Assembly: GCA_963693365.1 (NCBI GenBank)
Contig: CAVNZM010000001.1
Span: 9,068,907-9,132,906 of the forward strand
Direction: 5' to 3'
DNA length: 64,000 nt
From: Amoebidium appalachense
Taxonomy: Eukaryota > Protista > Ichthyosporea
Shown here: piece by piece, positions 27,962 to 60,094 of the stretch
How positions within the stretch are numbered: position 1 is the stretch's first letter
How the letters are laid out: each line of letters begins with the position of its first letter
Made by a program: the position numbers and the translations under genes
The notes under the pieces: generated by a model
The model's database searches: none
What the model saw: the letters and a program-made list of their open reading frames with translations, nothing else
Told to the model about the DNA's origin: nothing

Positions 27962-28139
27962 AAAAAGAAAGGAAGAAAGAAAGAAATCAACCGGGGCAAT
28001 GCCCTGTGACCTTTAAGAATGACAAAGAGCATTGCAGCAAGGTTGGGTAAAGGAGGTAGACAAATAGCGGAAGTGCGGAGGGGTGGAGTGTGTGTGTCTG
28101 TGCGTGTGGGTTTTGGGGAGGGGAGGTGTGGGGGTGTCT

Positions 28140-28559
28140 CGAGAGAGGGGGGTCGGGGAAGAGAGAGAGAGATATAAATAGATACATAGATAGATAGATA
28201 GAGAGAAAGAGCGAGAGAGAGAGAGATAGAGAGAGGGAGGGAGGGAGAGTGAGAGAGGTGAGAGTGGGAGAATGGAGTGGGAGAAGGAAGGGAGAGATAG
28301 GGCCGGCTGGTTAGAGAGGGAGGGAAGGTGAAGGGAGGGGGGGAAGGATGAGAGACCGACGGAGAGGGGATGCGAGAGGGCAAGGGAGAGGGAGAGGGAG
28401 AGGGAGAGGGGGCGGCCGGGGAGGGAGGGAGAGGGAGAGGGGGCGGCTCGGGAGGGAGGGAGAGAGAGAGGGGGGGGGGGGGGGAAGGGGGAAGAGAGAG
28501 AGAGGGAGATAGAGAGCCACGGAGGGAAAGAGTCGAGAGAGAGAGATAGAGAGAGAGAC

Positions 28560-28628
<69 letters not shown>
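28140..28628. repeat. GA-rich polypurine low-complexity tract
   Basis: Directly visible. Confidence 0.9.
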
Positions 28629-28629
<1 letters not shown>

Positions 28630-29315
28630 GGTTGACCCGTCGTCAATGGGCACTCAGCCCCTCCTCCAAGCAATCTACTTTTTCCCCGGCATAACTTTGC
28701 TTTTCCCGATAAAAATGCTGCGAAAAATCGTGCTTTTTCAGAAGGAAACATGGGTCCGGAACCCACCGTGACAGTGTGTGAATCTAGAGATCCAAAACTC
28801 ACATCGCGTGTGGATCTACAGATGTGGATCTGATGATGTTTAGTTGAATTTTTGTAGTACACGCACAATTTCATGAAGCATTGAGAAGGGAACTCGAGCA
28901 TAGATCCGGGCCTTTGGGACGTACTTTGTATACGAGCTATCGAGGTGTTGTTTGTTCGAGGCTCGAGCCATACTCCGCCCTGCCGGACACTCCCAAACTC
29001 GTTGTGATTGGTGTTTACAGCATCAATGACGTCACCAATTCTTCGCGCGCTCTTCTGAGATTGCACCAATCACCACAAGCGTGCACAAGGAGGCGAGCCG
29101 CTGAGCAGCCTCTGTAACATATGTACATACATGCTTGTAGCTCATACTTCATAGCATTGCATTATAAGTATAAGTTTAACGAGTTTCATTTAAATGGTAT
29201 CTTATATTTCAGGCACTGTATAATGTGTATATGCACACATACTATGTATTACTGCAACTTGTTTTGCTGCCGCAGTACTAGTGAATTTCAGCTGAAATTT
29301 CTGCAAAACTACAAG

Positions 29316-29920
29316 CCAATCAACATGGAGTAAGCGCACTAACCAATAAGATGTCGCCATATTACTAATGACCAATGAGAAACCACACGGGCTCGTGATC
29401 ATTCGTATGCGGCAATACAGCGCCTGCAAGAAGCTGTAGTGATTGGCTCAGGAAGCCCACTGAAATACTTCTGGCGGGATGCCTAGAGGGGGTAAATAAG
29501 CGGCCAGCAAATTTAAATAATCCTTTTAAAACTAGCTTGCATTTAAAAACCATAAACTACAACTGGTTTGGATACTATGATACTAGCATTATATACTGAT
29601 AAATCATGTGCATGTTGACGGTTTCTAAATAGATATTGTGCAGTGGTGTGCCTCGTACACTATTCCGCCATCTCAGAATACCAATCAGACCTTTTTCTTA
29701 TCATGCACTGAGAAGCGCCACCCAGCCATCCGCACATTCCTCTGCTGCTTTCTATAAAAAAGCGGTTGCAGTTTATCATAATCACTTTTAGGACTCACTC
29801 CGGCTCTAAAGATTTCTCCCCGGAGTGTAAGAAAACGTGAAACAGAAACAAGGATTGTTGTTTTGGTACTCTACCCTCCCCTCATCCTTTTGATACATAA
29901 GCTGGCAGCTCCACCCAAGT
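29316..29920 (+). promoter_or_regulatory. Putative promoter and non-coding first exon of the Nma111-like gene
   Basis: Cluster of CCAAT boxes (~29316, 29343, 29372, reverse ~29442, 29681), TATAAAAA ~29753, donor-like AA|GTATGT at 29919, acceptor AAATAG at 30690 just before ATG 30711. Confidence 0.5.
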
Positions 29921-30710
29921 ATGTATTCTTTTTGGTTTGGCTTATTCTCTCCAGTCGTTTTTCTTCTCGTTTAGGCAGCGAATCCCCGCCTTCCATTTCC
30001 TTGATTCTCATTCCTACGCCCAAGATCCAGCTCTCGGACACACTACGTACTTATCCCATTGTGTGTTTCTGCTGCTCTGGGGTTGGTAGCGTTCCGTTCA
30101 GCATTTATGGTTCTCTACCTGTCGCTTTACTTGCAAAAACGCCCCCCTTGCATTGCCTCTTGCCTCGCCAAACGAAGGCAGTAGCGAGAACATGACCAGC
30201 TGAGCGCATTTTTTCCCTCACCAGGGCCCTGTTCTCTTCGTTTCACTTTTTTCTTTTGTCGGTTTCTGGCTTTATTATCTCAGCTTTCGACATTTATTTT
30301 ATTCTTCTGTTGTTTATCAACTTCCGTTTTCGGAACCCGTTAGCTGCGCTTGGTGCAGTCAATAACCTTCCGGTTTCTCTCTTTTAGCTTTGACCTACTT
30401 GCGGCGACGGTTCGTCTTCCCACCTCTCTGATTCATCTTCACAACCTTCTCTGGCAGCTGATCTAACAGTAGTGTATTTTCCCACATAAGCACAGAGCCA
30501 CTTTCGCTTTCTTTTCCTTCATCTCCAACCTCCACTCCTTCTCATCCTATTCGCTTCCCCCGTTCCTTGTCCCCCTCCCCCTTACTCCCCCCCCCCCCCC
30601 CCCCCCCCGCTCCGTCTTTCCCCCTCCCCCCCTGCCCCCTTCCCTCCCCCCTCCCCCCTCCCCCCCTCGCACACACACACACACAAATAGACGCAGTGTC
30701 CAAGGGCAGC

Positions 30711-47469
<16,759 letters not shown>

Positions 47470-48320
47470 TTCTCTATTCTACTCCCCCCCCCCCCCCCTC
47501 CCAAACTCCCCTTCCCCACGTGAAAATGACCCCACCAAACGCGCGATTCTACACCGATTCCCTCATCAAACTCTTAGGGTTTTGTCAGGCTATGAACACG
47601 TCCTTTCTCTTTGAATAGCAAAGTTCTGTGATTGAAAGCAATATCGATTTGGATTTCAGTTTATGCACCCCCGCGAAGATGATTGAATGCTTCATGTTGC
47701 GATTTTTGTCGTTGAAAAAGACTAATTCGATTGCTGTGTAATGCCCGTAACCATGTTTCGATGGTAGTTTGTTATACAACGAACATATAGAAAAGACACC
47801 CGGAACCTTAGTAAATAGATAGACATGATTCTCGTAATTGTGATGTTGTGAAATATCCCCACATGTATCCTTGAACTATTGATGTGATTAACTAGAATTA
47901 GGTGATGAAGCTAAACTCAATAACACGTATCATTAGGTAATTACTCAATAAACGAACTTGAAGCTCCACGAACGAACCATGTAGCTTATCTCAATTAAGG
48001 CAGTTAGTATCTTTAATAGAAAGTACCGTTTGCAGCATGGAATGATCATGCGTATTCCAGAAAATGTTTCCTGGAAGATAGCGGCTGGGCCGCTTTACGC
48101 AGACCAGATTTGTGTTAAATTTGTGTGGAACGTGAGGATGATCAAATATAATTTCCAAAACTGATCGAGTGTTGTACACTCACAACAAAGTTTGACATGA
48201 CCAGCAACCACCCCCCCCCCCTTCTTTGCCACTTCAGTTACCCCATACTACAACTGCCACCACCGCCACCACCACCACACAGGCACATCCACCCACTCAC
48301 CTTGCCGCGAGGCTCCCCCC

Positions 48321-48391
<71 letters not shown>

Positions 48392-48636
48392 ACACACACG
48401 GTCACACTGGCACACAGAGAGAGGTGGAGATAGTCTGTGCGTACGTGTGTGGGTGTGTGTGGAGATAATACACGTACATTCAGATGGCGATGTGTTACAA
48501 ATGCAAACGTAGACTAATTATAAGGTGGTTAATACAAAACCAAAGCCCGACGTACGTTGACGTCGAAACCAACAGGATAATCCACAATGTTCACTCACTA
48601 ATTTATGCAAATCATCGGAAAATACCACCTCCCCCC

Positions 48637-48667
<31 letters not shown>

Positions 48668-49214
48668 AAAAAAAAAAGCCCCCCACTGCCCCCAACCCTC
48701 ATGGTACACCCAACCAACAACTGCCCACCAGCACCGCCAGCAATACCACCCAAGCTCTAGAAGAGAAGAAACCAGGAAAGGTGACCGTCATTCTATTTTT
48801 AGCTTGACGACGAACAGCGTTGAACCCATGAGCTCAACAAAAAATCTCAATTACTATATGATGGACCAATAATTTTCGCGCAATCGCGCAACTAGCCAAA
48901 TATAGAGAATTAGGCAGGAAGTTTTTGCGCGTCAAAAAAAGTTTTTATAAAACCAAAAAAAAAAAAAGTTAGGAATATTTTTTATGTTTTTGTACTAATA
49001 AAAAAGTAGGAATATATATCATCGGATATATTGATGAGTATTCCTGCACAGTCAGAGTGTACAATTAGATTCTTGCAGAGTCTAGCAGACACTCGAGCTC
49101 GTAAGGAGAGGGAGGACCAAACCGCGACACAAATTTAAAAACTTACGTCTATGCACATCATGTGCTGTTGAAAAAAAACTTTGGCTCAAAAGTGGCACCA
49201 ATGGTGAGAAAAAA

Positions 49215-49255
<41 letters not shown>

Positions 49256-49562
49256 AAGAAAAACCGATATCGCCGGAAAGGGCTGGGCCCACCTCCCACA
49301 TGCACCGTCGCTTGATATCCGAAGACACGTCAGGATATTGTCCTCACGTCACACTTCGACAGGCCATCCTTTTTCTCTTTTTCTTTTTCTTTTTCTTTTC
49401 TTTTCTTTTTCGTCCCCTCCAAATTCATATCCAGCTTGACAACGAACAGAAATCAGCTCCCCCGCACAACGTTATGTACTTGTCGCAACCATTGTAAATG
49501 AGGAGCCGCTTTGGCATCTCCTCGCCTCCGACGCAGGGGGCTCCGCGTTCGAATATCGGATT

Positions 49563-49604
<42 letters not shown>

Positions 49605-50261
49605 AGAAAAAAAGAAAAAAAAAACAAAAACAGATGAAGGCCGCTATCTCGCCCCATCCTCGGGGGCTCTCTTTCGTTTCTCTTTCGTGGCCTGTCTTCA
49701 GCCACTGTGTCTTGCTGGCCTGCGGGAGGGGACGTATTCTCCTCTCTCTGTCTTTCAGTCATTGCCCCCACTCCGTGCATGCGGAGGCGTTGGGGCGCTC
49801 CCTTTTTTCTTTTTAGTTGGTGGCACTCCCTTAAAACCTCAGCTTTTTCTTGTTTTCATCGATCACCGTTGGTGCCACTATGTGCTGGGGATAGATGTGA
49901 AAGTTTGTGTCGATTTTTTGCCCCCGGTCTCCTTACGCATGTCTGTCACATTAGCAGGGAATATGAATATCAAAGGATTTTTTTGTTGTTGTTGATTTCT
50001 ATTCGTCGTCAAAGTGATATACACGTGATTCTCAGGCGGTGTTCAGGTTTATTAGCATGCACGTCATTACTATCGATATATCTGCTGACGTCTCGAAAAG
50101 TATTTCCAAGTTGCCTTCCGGTAAGACATAGGATACACAGTGCATACTCAGTTGAAACCCACATGATCGGTTGAATAGTTCCAGCAAAAAAGAGTAAAAA
50201 AGCTACTAGTCATCAAGTTCTTCAGTCACTGAGGCTCCGGGTAGTACTGTTTCCCTATCAC

Positions 50262-50310
<49 letters not shown>

Positions 50311-50442
50311 GTGTGTGCGCGCGCGCTGCGGCGCCCCGCGTGCGTGTGGGTCAAGGTGTTTTTTGTTATTTTTTTTATTTTTTTTTTAATGGGTGGGGTT
50401 GGGGGTGGGGGGGGGGGCGGGGGGTTGGATGGAGGAGGCAGG

Positions 50443-50505
<63 letters not shown>

Positions 50506-50911
50506 GGATGTATTGACCGAATATTTAGGCCGCTGGAATGGAATTCCGAAGGCTTGATCGACCGGAAAAAAAACATATGGGAGCATTATTTGTGGACAGG
50601 ACGGAGGGATAGAGTTCGCTAAAAACGGCTCTTCCCTCCAGTTCTTGTTTTACTTTTCTTTGTGCTGTTTCTTCCTTGATTCTGTTTTTTTTTTTTTTTT
50701 TTTTTTTTTTGTTCCCTTCTGTCTCCTTCCATATGATCCCCCCCCCCCCCCCCCCCCCTTTTTTTTTTTTTGGGGGGGGGGGTCTTTCTTATCAACCCCC
50801 CATACCTCCGGACTGGGCTCTGAAAAAAGTGTCTTAGTAAACAATCGGATGCTACTCTAAGACTTGTGTGAACTTTTTAATTACTGAAAAGATTTTGAAT
50901 CACTGCTCATT

Positions 50912-50954
<43 letters not shown>

Positions 50955-51129
50955 GGGGGGAGAGAGAGAGAGAGAGAGAGAGGAGGACGGGGGGGGGGGG
51001 GGGAAGGGGGGATGGGGAGCATGGGCTTGCATCCCCCCCCCCCCCCCCCCCCCCCCCCCTCCCTCCTCCCCCCCCCCCTTCCCCCGCCCCCCCCACCCCA
51101 ACTCCCCTTCCAAAGTTGATCATGATGTA

Positions 51130-52510
<1,381 letters not shown>

Positions 52511-53589
52511 CACGCGTACTACGACGGCGTGGGATGACAACAGCAGAGGAATGTGACTTAAGATTTATTAAACCCAAACTATCATTGGATACAAGTTCAC
52601 CTACGTTTTTGCTTATCGAATCATATATCGAAACAAATCTATAATCAAGATTTATATCAGCTACACCAATAGGTACCCTGCTTATTGGTGCAAAGCATAT
52701 CCAATCAATCTGCGGGAAGGCTATGAGTGCAGTGTGCTACATTGAGTGTGTTTTGTGTAACTGTGTATGTACACTACACAGTTGGCGGCCTCCGTCATGC
52801 ACAACCATAAATATATAGTCATAGTATGTAGTTACACGAGCCTTATAGTATACGAAGGACATTAATTATTGCACAGGCTCTCCCCATATTTTGCAAGGTA
52901 GCTTTCAGACCGGAGCTCGAGCGCGGCCGCAAATGGACCGGCACATACCTACGCAGATCCGGCAGGTTTGTTGTGGTAGGGGGCTCAAAGACTCTTCTCA
53001 GCAATATTCAATAGACCACGAGAAAGAGTCCTCCGAGCAATTTCGGCGTACCGGGGGATTCAATACGAAAAGCAATCCCCAGCCGCCCGCCGGCCGGCAG
53101 CAAGTTGAGCCAGCGCACTCAGCCAAGCAACCGCCAAGGGGAAACGAAAAAACATACAACGAAAACAAGGATTTTTCTAAGAGAAAAGAGAAAGGGAAGG
53201 AAGAGAATCTCTTAGCATCCTAGCGTTATCGCGTCCATCCACACGTATATACTCTTTTTGGCGTTATTGGAATAGAGAATCGATTTTTTGAGAGGGTTGG
53301 AGCATTCAGAATAAGGTGATATACGTTGTAGGGTACAGGGAGCGTTCAGGGTTATCATCATGATCTTTACGGCTGGGTGAAAACTAATTGGGCTTCAACA
53401 CGTTATAGAGGAGTGGTTTGGGAAAAAGTAGAATATATCAATGTTGTATTGCATTCTTGCGACACGAATCATCGACACAAATAGAGGTTTCTTCGGTGCA
53501 GTTTGGGTAAAGCTCTTCCCTTTTTCAGACCTTAATAGACAGGTCGTTTTGAGGTAAAAGCAGGATTCAGGCTAGAAAATTAAAGCAGA

Positions 53590-55359
53590 ATGGAACTACG
53601 TGTAGGCAACAAATACCGGTTAGACCGGAAAATCGGCGGGGGCTCCTTTGGAGACATCTATTTAGGTAAGGCAGAACGGTCATGCTTGTGTTTTTCTCAT
53701 AACTTGTATAAGGGATGGGCATTCTCCTAGAGAGCCGTGTGAGCTCCATCCCTCCTTTTCTTCTGTGTTTTGTAGAAAAGAATATGAAGGGTGTGTGTAT
53801 GTGCCTAGGCTTACGTGATGCTTTTGTTATGTTTGGCTACTTCTGTTTTTTTCACAGGCAAGAACCGGCTCGTTCCACTGCTCGTGTGTATGCTTTTTTG
53901 TGTTTTAAAATGGGGGTGTTGGCGTGGCAGATATGGGGCTGCAAAGTGAATTTCAACTTGTGGAAACTTCTGAAGGGTTACGTGCAGCTTGGTCGAGGGC
54001 GGTTCGCGCTTTCTTCTGCATAATGCAGTATTTAGAGCTGTCTGGTGATAGAATATGGCGGCTTTTTAGCTGTCCCCCTTCCAGGTGCTCACCAGAACTA
54101 AGATTTTTTTGTTGCGTGTTCCTTTACCCAGAAATTTTATCAAGATGGGGTTGGCTGTAGTGTTGTTAACCGAGCTTGTGTGTTTGCGGCTTGCTTTTGC
54201 TGTTGAAAAATAAAAAATTGCGATCATGCAGGTTTAGTCAGCACTTCACTCTTTCAGTCGCACACTGCGCACCTCTACAGAAAAGTCGTTGTGTGCTTGT
54301 GCTATACTAACATGGTTCTTTTGCATTCACTCGTTCAGGCGCACACTGCATACCTGTTTAGAAAAATTGTTGTGTGCTTGTACGACACTAACATGTTTTT
54401 TTGGCACCTGATGATGCAGGGACGGACTTGATCACCCGCACAGAGGTGGCCATTAAACTGGAGCCAGTAAAGACTAAGCACCCACAGCTCATATTCGAGT
54501 CGAAGCTGTACAGAGTTCTTCAGGGCGGTGGTGAGTGCACATACCCATCTGCTTCAATTTTTGTTGTGTGACACGTACAGATGTTGTGCTTGAGGGGAGC
54601 TTTGGTGTTCTTATTTCTGCTTTATGAAAAAGGGTGTGTGATATTGGATGCTTCGTTAGGAAACATGTGTTTTCTTGCCGGGCGGCCATGCACTGCAGGC
54701 ATGATCACCGGCTCCAATTGCTGATGCCAGTGCAACGATAAAATCAAATCAGATAGAAGAGTTGCAGTAGATGTACAAACACTGTCTTTCGTCAAGCGGT
54801 TTGGCACTGTGGGAATACCATTTCAGGCCCAGGATGACGGAGTCAGCACGCACACACGTTCCTGCAGACACGAGCAAACCTGAGATGGGGGCTGTTTGAA
54901 CTGTTGATCACAGAGGCTCGTTTTGCACCCATCTTACTTAGTACTTGAGCCTGTTGCTGTGTTTGCATGCCCCTGCCCTCATCCGTACTGCACATAATCA
55001 CTTGCTATAAAACCACCACCACTGTTATCAATGTGTCAAATGCGCACACACCACAGCACAGACACTGGGTGATTGCATATCGTCAATGTATGTAGACCTG
55101 TCATAGATGCGAAGTGCCTGAAGTCCCAGCCGGCTGTACGTGCCCATAGCCGAAACCATCACGCGTCCGTTTCTGATGTCTTTTTTTTCCTTTTTTTTTT
55201 TTTTTTTTTTTTTTTTTTGTCTTTTTCATTTTCCTTTCTGATCTTTTTTCGTTCCCTTTTTTCGTGCTTTGTTGTGGGTATCCTTAGCCAAAGTATCACG
55301 CAATATTGCTGACCTGCTTTTTTCTCTCCCTCTTCGCTTTTTTTCTTTTTTTCTTTCTT

Positions 55360-55407
<48 letters not shown>

Positions 55408-58400
55408 AGTTGGTATCCCGCAGATGCTGTGGAGCGGTGTTGAGGGGGACTACAACGTGATGGTGATGGAGCTGTTGGGGCCCAGTCTTGAGGACCTGTT
55501 TCAGTACTGCCAACGGCGCTTCTCCCTGAAAACTGTCTTGATGCTGGCCGATCAGCTGGTGGGTGGTGTTTGTGTGGGTGGGTGTTTTGTCTGGGCGGGT
55601 GGGTGGGTGGGTCGTGCGTGATGTTTGCATGTGTGTGGGTGTGGGTGGGTGGGTGGGTGTTTTTGCATGCGAGGTGATTTGCGTTCTGTTAAAAGTGATT
55701 GTGTTTGTGCCCTCATGTGTGTGTGTGTGTGTGATGGTGTGTGGCAAGCTATCAAAGAGTACCTGGTACGTCGCATTCTCGTTGAATGCCTGTGGGTTCT
55801 TGCCACATGTGAGCGTTCCTCCTTGCTTTGCCTTCTGCTTTGATACACCCTTAATGTTGAAGGTGATGTTTGGACGTTCGTGTGGGTACTAATAGGCATC
55901 TGCCGGTGCTGTGATACAAAATGCTCCTGTCGTTTTGACTTGTTTGTTTGTATTCTTGTCCCCTTCTGCTGTTTGTATCCTCTGCATTATGGATTGGTCA
56001 CATGCACGCTCATGCTGGTGCAACCAAGGAGCCCCCATCTCTTACCATCGCCAGGTGTGCGGTTTGAAGCAAGCGTGTCTCCTATATTAGATTTTGAACT
56101 GGGATTCTGAAAATCAACGAGCTGCTGTGTGTTTGTGTGTGCTGCCCATTCTCTCTGCTCTGCTCTCTTCCTCCATATCCGCACTCTTCCTCCATATCCG
56201 CACTATGCTACCATTGCCTGTCAATGATCCATATTTTTCATGGCGTATTAATTGCCATAGGCCGGTCCTTGATTTTGTAGCGCTCTGCTGTCGAAATACC
56301 ATCTTCGTACGTGCTCCCGCATTTTTTTGGCACATACACACTCTACTAGACTACCGGACGGGTGTTTTTATGATACACCTTGTATTGTGATCTTTCAAAG
56401 GGAGCAACATTATAGGGGGGGAATCTATTATTGCATTTGGTGTTGGTGGCAGGGGGGTGATCGGTGACGTAACCGGTTACTTTTATCAGACGTCTTATGG
56501 GTGGGTAACTAGGGTCAATTTGACTTTTACCCGACGGGAAGGGGGGCTTGTGTGTGGTGCGCCGATCAAAGTTACGTTCTTTGCATATGTTAAGGGTGAA
56601 GGCCGATGCCCTTCCTTAGCTTGTACTGCCCCCTTTTTTTTTTGGGTGCATACACACATCATGCTTACTCTGTGCAAATATCGTCCTTAAAGGGGTTTTC
56701 TTTTCGGCCGATTTATTGTCACCGCTTTTTGGTCCTCGGGTCGGGCCAAATGCTGTTTGATGCGCACCGAGTGAATGATATTGCATGTCCCATTTGGGTC
56801 TGACCCGACCCGGATACCTAAAAGAAACCCCCTTTAATGTACCGTGTGCAATGTCCTAAACGAACCATCCTCCCATGTGCAGGTGTCGCGGATAGAGTAC
56901 ATGCACAACTGCAACTTTATTCACCGGGACATCAAACCGGACAACTTCCTTATGGGCCTGGGCCGGAGGGGCCACGTGGTGCACATCATCGACTTTGGGT
57001 TGGCCAAGAAGTACAGAGACCACAAGACCCACCAGCACATTCCATACAGGGAGAACAAGAGTCTGACGGGAACAGCCCGCTACGCGTCGATAAACACGCA
57101 CCTGGGGAGAGGTGGGTTGTGTTTGTGTGCGGTTGGGTGTGGGGGGAGGGGGGGGGGGGGGGGGGGGAGGAAGATGTGTGTGTGTGTGTGTGTGTGTGTG
57201 TTCCTTTTTTGGACTCGGACTCACGAGTTGCAGGGGTGTGCAGGGGGATGGGTTTTGTTTGTGTGCAAGAATAGTGGGCGGTGTGTAACATAGGAAGTAA
57301 GTGTAGGGAGTGGGGAGGTTGTTTGGGGGACGGGGCATGAGGGGTGCCCTTTTTCTTACCTCTCCCGTCGTTTTTGAATCCTCATTTTTCTCTGGCTGGT
57401 GGTGCTCATACTTCTTGGCTTGTCCTTCCTCTTTTTCTTCCCTCACTCTTCCATTTTTTCTGCCTCCTGCCTCCCTCAACTCTGTCGCATTTGACTTGCT
57501 CCTTCTCCTCCTCCCCACCCATCCCTTTTCTCGTTCCCTACTGGCTTGTTCACTTTCCGTTTTTCGCATTTTGTTTTCCGGTGCAACAGAGCAGAGCAGG
57601 CGTGACGACTTTGACTTACCTTTTATCTCTTGCTCACATTTCGTTTTTTCTGTTTCGTTTTCTCGGTGCAACAGAGCAGAGCAGGCGTAAGGACTTTGAC
57701 TCACCCTTTTATCTCTTGCTCACATTTCGTTTTTTCTGTTTCGTTTTCCGGTGCAACAGAGCAGAGCAGGCGTGACGATCTTGAGTCACTGGGCTACGTG
57801 CTGCTGTACTTCCTCCGGGGCAGCCTGCCGTGGCAGGGGCTCAAGGCCAACAACCGCAAGCAGAAGTACGAGAAGATCAGCGAGAAGAAGATGAGCACAA
57901 GCATACACGACCTGTGCAAGAACTTTGCAAGTAGGTGCCTGTGGGTGTGGGTGGGGGGGGGGGGGGGGGGGGGGGGGGGGGTAAATTCGGTTGTGTGCGT
58001 GAGTTTGGGTTTTTTTGGTGTGTATGTGTTGGGGGGGGGGGGGCGTATGGTGATGTGTGAGTGAGGTTTCTTTTGGGAGGGGGGGGGGGGGGGGGGGTCG
58101 GTACTCACCTGTCTGTCTGTGTGGGTGTTTTTTCGATCTGTGCAAGAACTTTGCGAGTAGGGCCAAAACATGTTAATCCGTGTGTGTTGTCTGCGTCTGT
58201 GCTTGTGTGTGTATTTTGAGGGGGAGACGGGGAGGGGGAGGGGGGCATAGATGTGTGTATGCAGAGTGGGAGGTGGTGTGTGTGTATGTGTGTGTGTGTG
58301 GGAGGGCGAGCGTGCGTGTTTGTGTCACGGGTGTGTGAGCAGCAGATGCCTCCATGCTTCGGGAGGGGAAGGGGTGGGGGAGGGGGAGGGGGGGGAGGAG

Positions 58401-60013
58401 GAGGAAGAAGAAGGAGAGAGAGCTGGGTGGGGAGGGGGAGGGTCGGTGTCCACTGTTATAGTTTCGGATGCACGGCAGCTGACCTGGATTTGTGACTGCA
58501 TGTTCCGTGGCGTCTGCAGTCGAGTTTGAGCGCTACCTGACGTACGTGAGGGGCATGAGGTTCGACTTCCAGCCCGACTACGGCTACTGCCGCAACCTGT
58601 TCCGCAACCTGTTCATACGGAGCAACTACACTTACGACTACCTCTTTGACTGGACTGTCCAGAAATGCGTACGTGCTACCCCCCCCCCCCCCCAACCACC
58701 ACCACCCCCTTTTTCTTTCCTGCTTTGCGGCGTGGTGTGTGCTCTTCGTTTTTACCTTGATTTCGGATTTGTATTTGTTTGTCTGGTGGTTTCCATTCGT
58801 ATCGGTGCTATATGGTCTCCATGTACGTTGCCCCCCGCCCCCCCCCTTTGCCTTGCACTTTGCATCGTGTTATCCGTTGTTCATGTGTACTTCGTACTTT
58901 ATGACAAATTCAACCCCCTCCCTCCCTCCCTCCTCCTCCCAATCCGTACCGTTTGTGTGAGTGCACTGCAACTTCTGCATTGTGTTTTGTGTGTCAAGTG
59001 TGTAATGCAGCATATTTTCTGGGTAATAGAGTTTTGAGACGGATGAGGATTTGTAGATGGCTGAACTTTGATGACAAGCGCAAGGGAGAGGGTCTGTTTT
59101 GTGTGAACGCGCGGGGAGGGGGGGGGATTGCATGTTACAGAAGAAGGCTGTGGGCAATGAATACAACTGTCAGGTGACCTAGTAGCCCGGCATGTGGAAC
59201 ATGGAGCTACCTTTGTGTGGCCCCGTGTGTCTCTACTTGTTGTGCGTTGATGCCTACTTGCTTGTGTGTGTGTAGTGTGCGCGTGCGTGTGTGGATGCAT
59301 ATGCATGCATGGTTTGCGTGTGCGAATGTGCAGGCGAAAGTGTGTATGTTAGCGAGTGTATGCTTGTGGCCTTGTGTGTGCATATGCTCAAAGCACACAC
59401 GTATGCTCATGCAAAATGACGTGCAGGAGGAGGGAGCAGCGCCCGGTGTCAAGCGGGAGGTGGACGATAGGGAGGGAGCCGAGGACAAGGAGAAGGGCAA
59501 GATGGCCACGTGGCAGGCACAGTACCAGCAGGACGACATGATGAACAGGCCACCACAGCAGCAGAGTGAGTGCGAGTTGGGGGGGAAGGGGATGGATGTT
59601 GGTGGTGGGGGTGGGGGGGACGGGGGTGGTTTGTGTGTGTGGGGGGGGTGTACATGTGTGGCTGGGGGTGTGTTCATTTTCCGTATAGGGTTTCTTTTTT
59701 TTTTTGGGGCGTGTGTGTGTGTGGGGGGGGGGGGGGGGGGGGGATTGGACCGTAAGTGAACGGATGTGTTCCCCGTCACATGGCACCTTGGACGTGTGGC
59801 TGTGTCCTTTGTTGCCTGCCTGTACTGCCTGTCTTGAATTGCTCTTTCGCACTAATCACCCGTTTCTAACTGCTCTTCCCCTTCCCCCCCCCCCCCCCCC
59901 CCCCCCCCTGAGGATGGGCTCTGCTTATTATGCATACTCTTTATGTATGGCTTGCATTCTGCATCGTGTTATCCGTTTGTTCTTGTGTACTTCGTACTTT
60001 TTGACGCATTCAA

Positions 60014-60054
<41 letters not shown>

Positions 60055-60057
60055 ACC

Positions 60058-60094
<37 letters not shown>

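Noticed and set aside
28311-29069. 252-aa minus-strand ORF near the CCAAT cluster
   Set aside because: Non-ATG start, no recognisable motif, and it runs into a CT/GA microsatellite. A divergent non-coding transcript cannot be excluded.
49162-50174. ORFs between Nma111 and CK1
   Set aside because: No recognisable domains or consistent splice structure, and interrupted by homopolymers.
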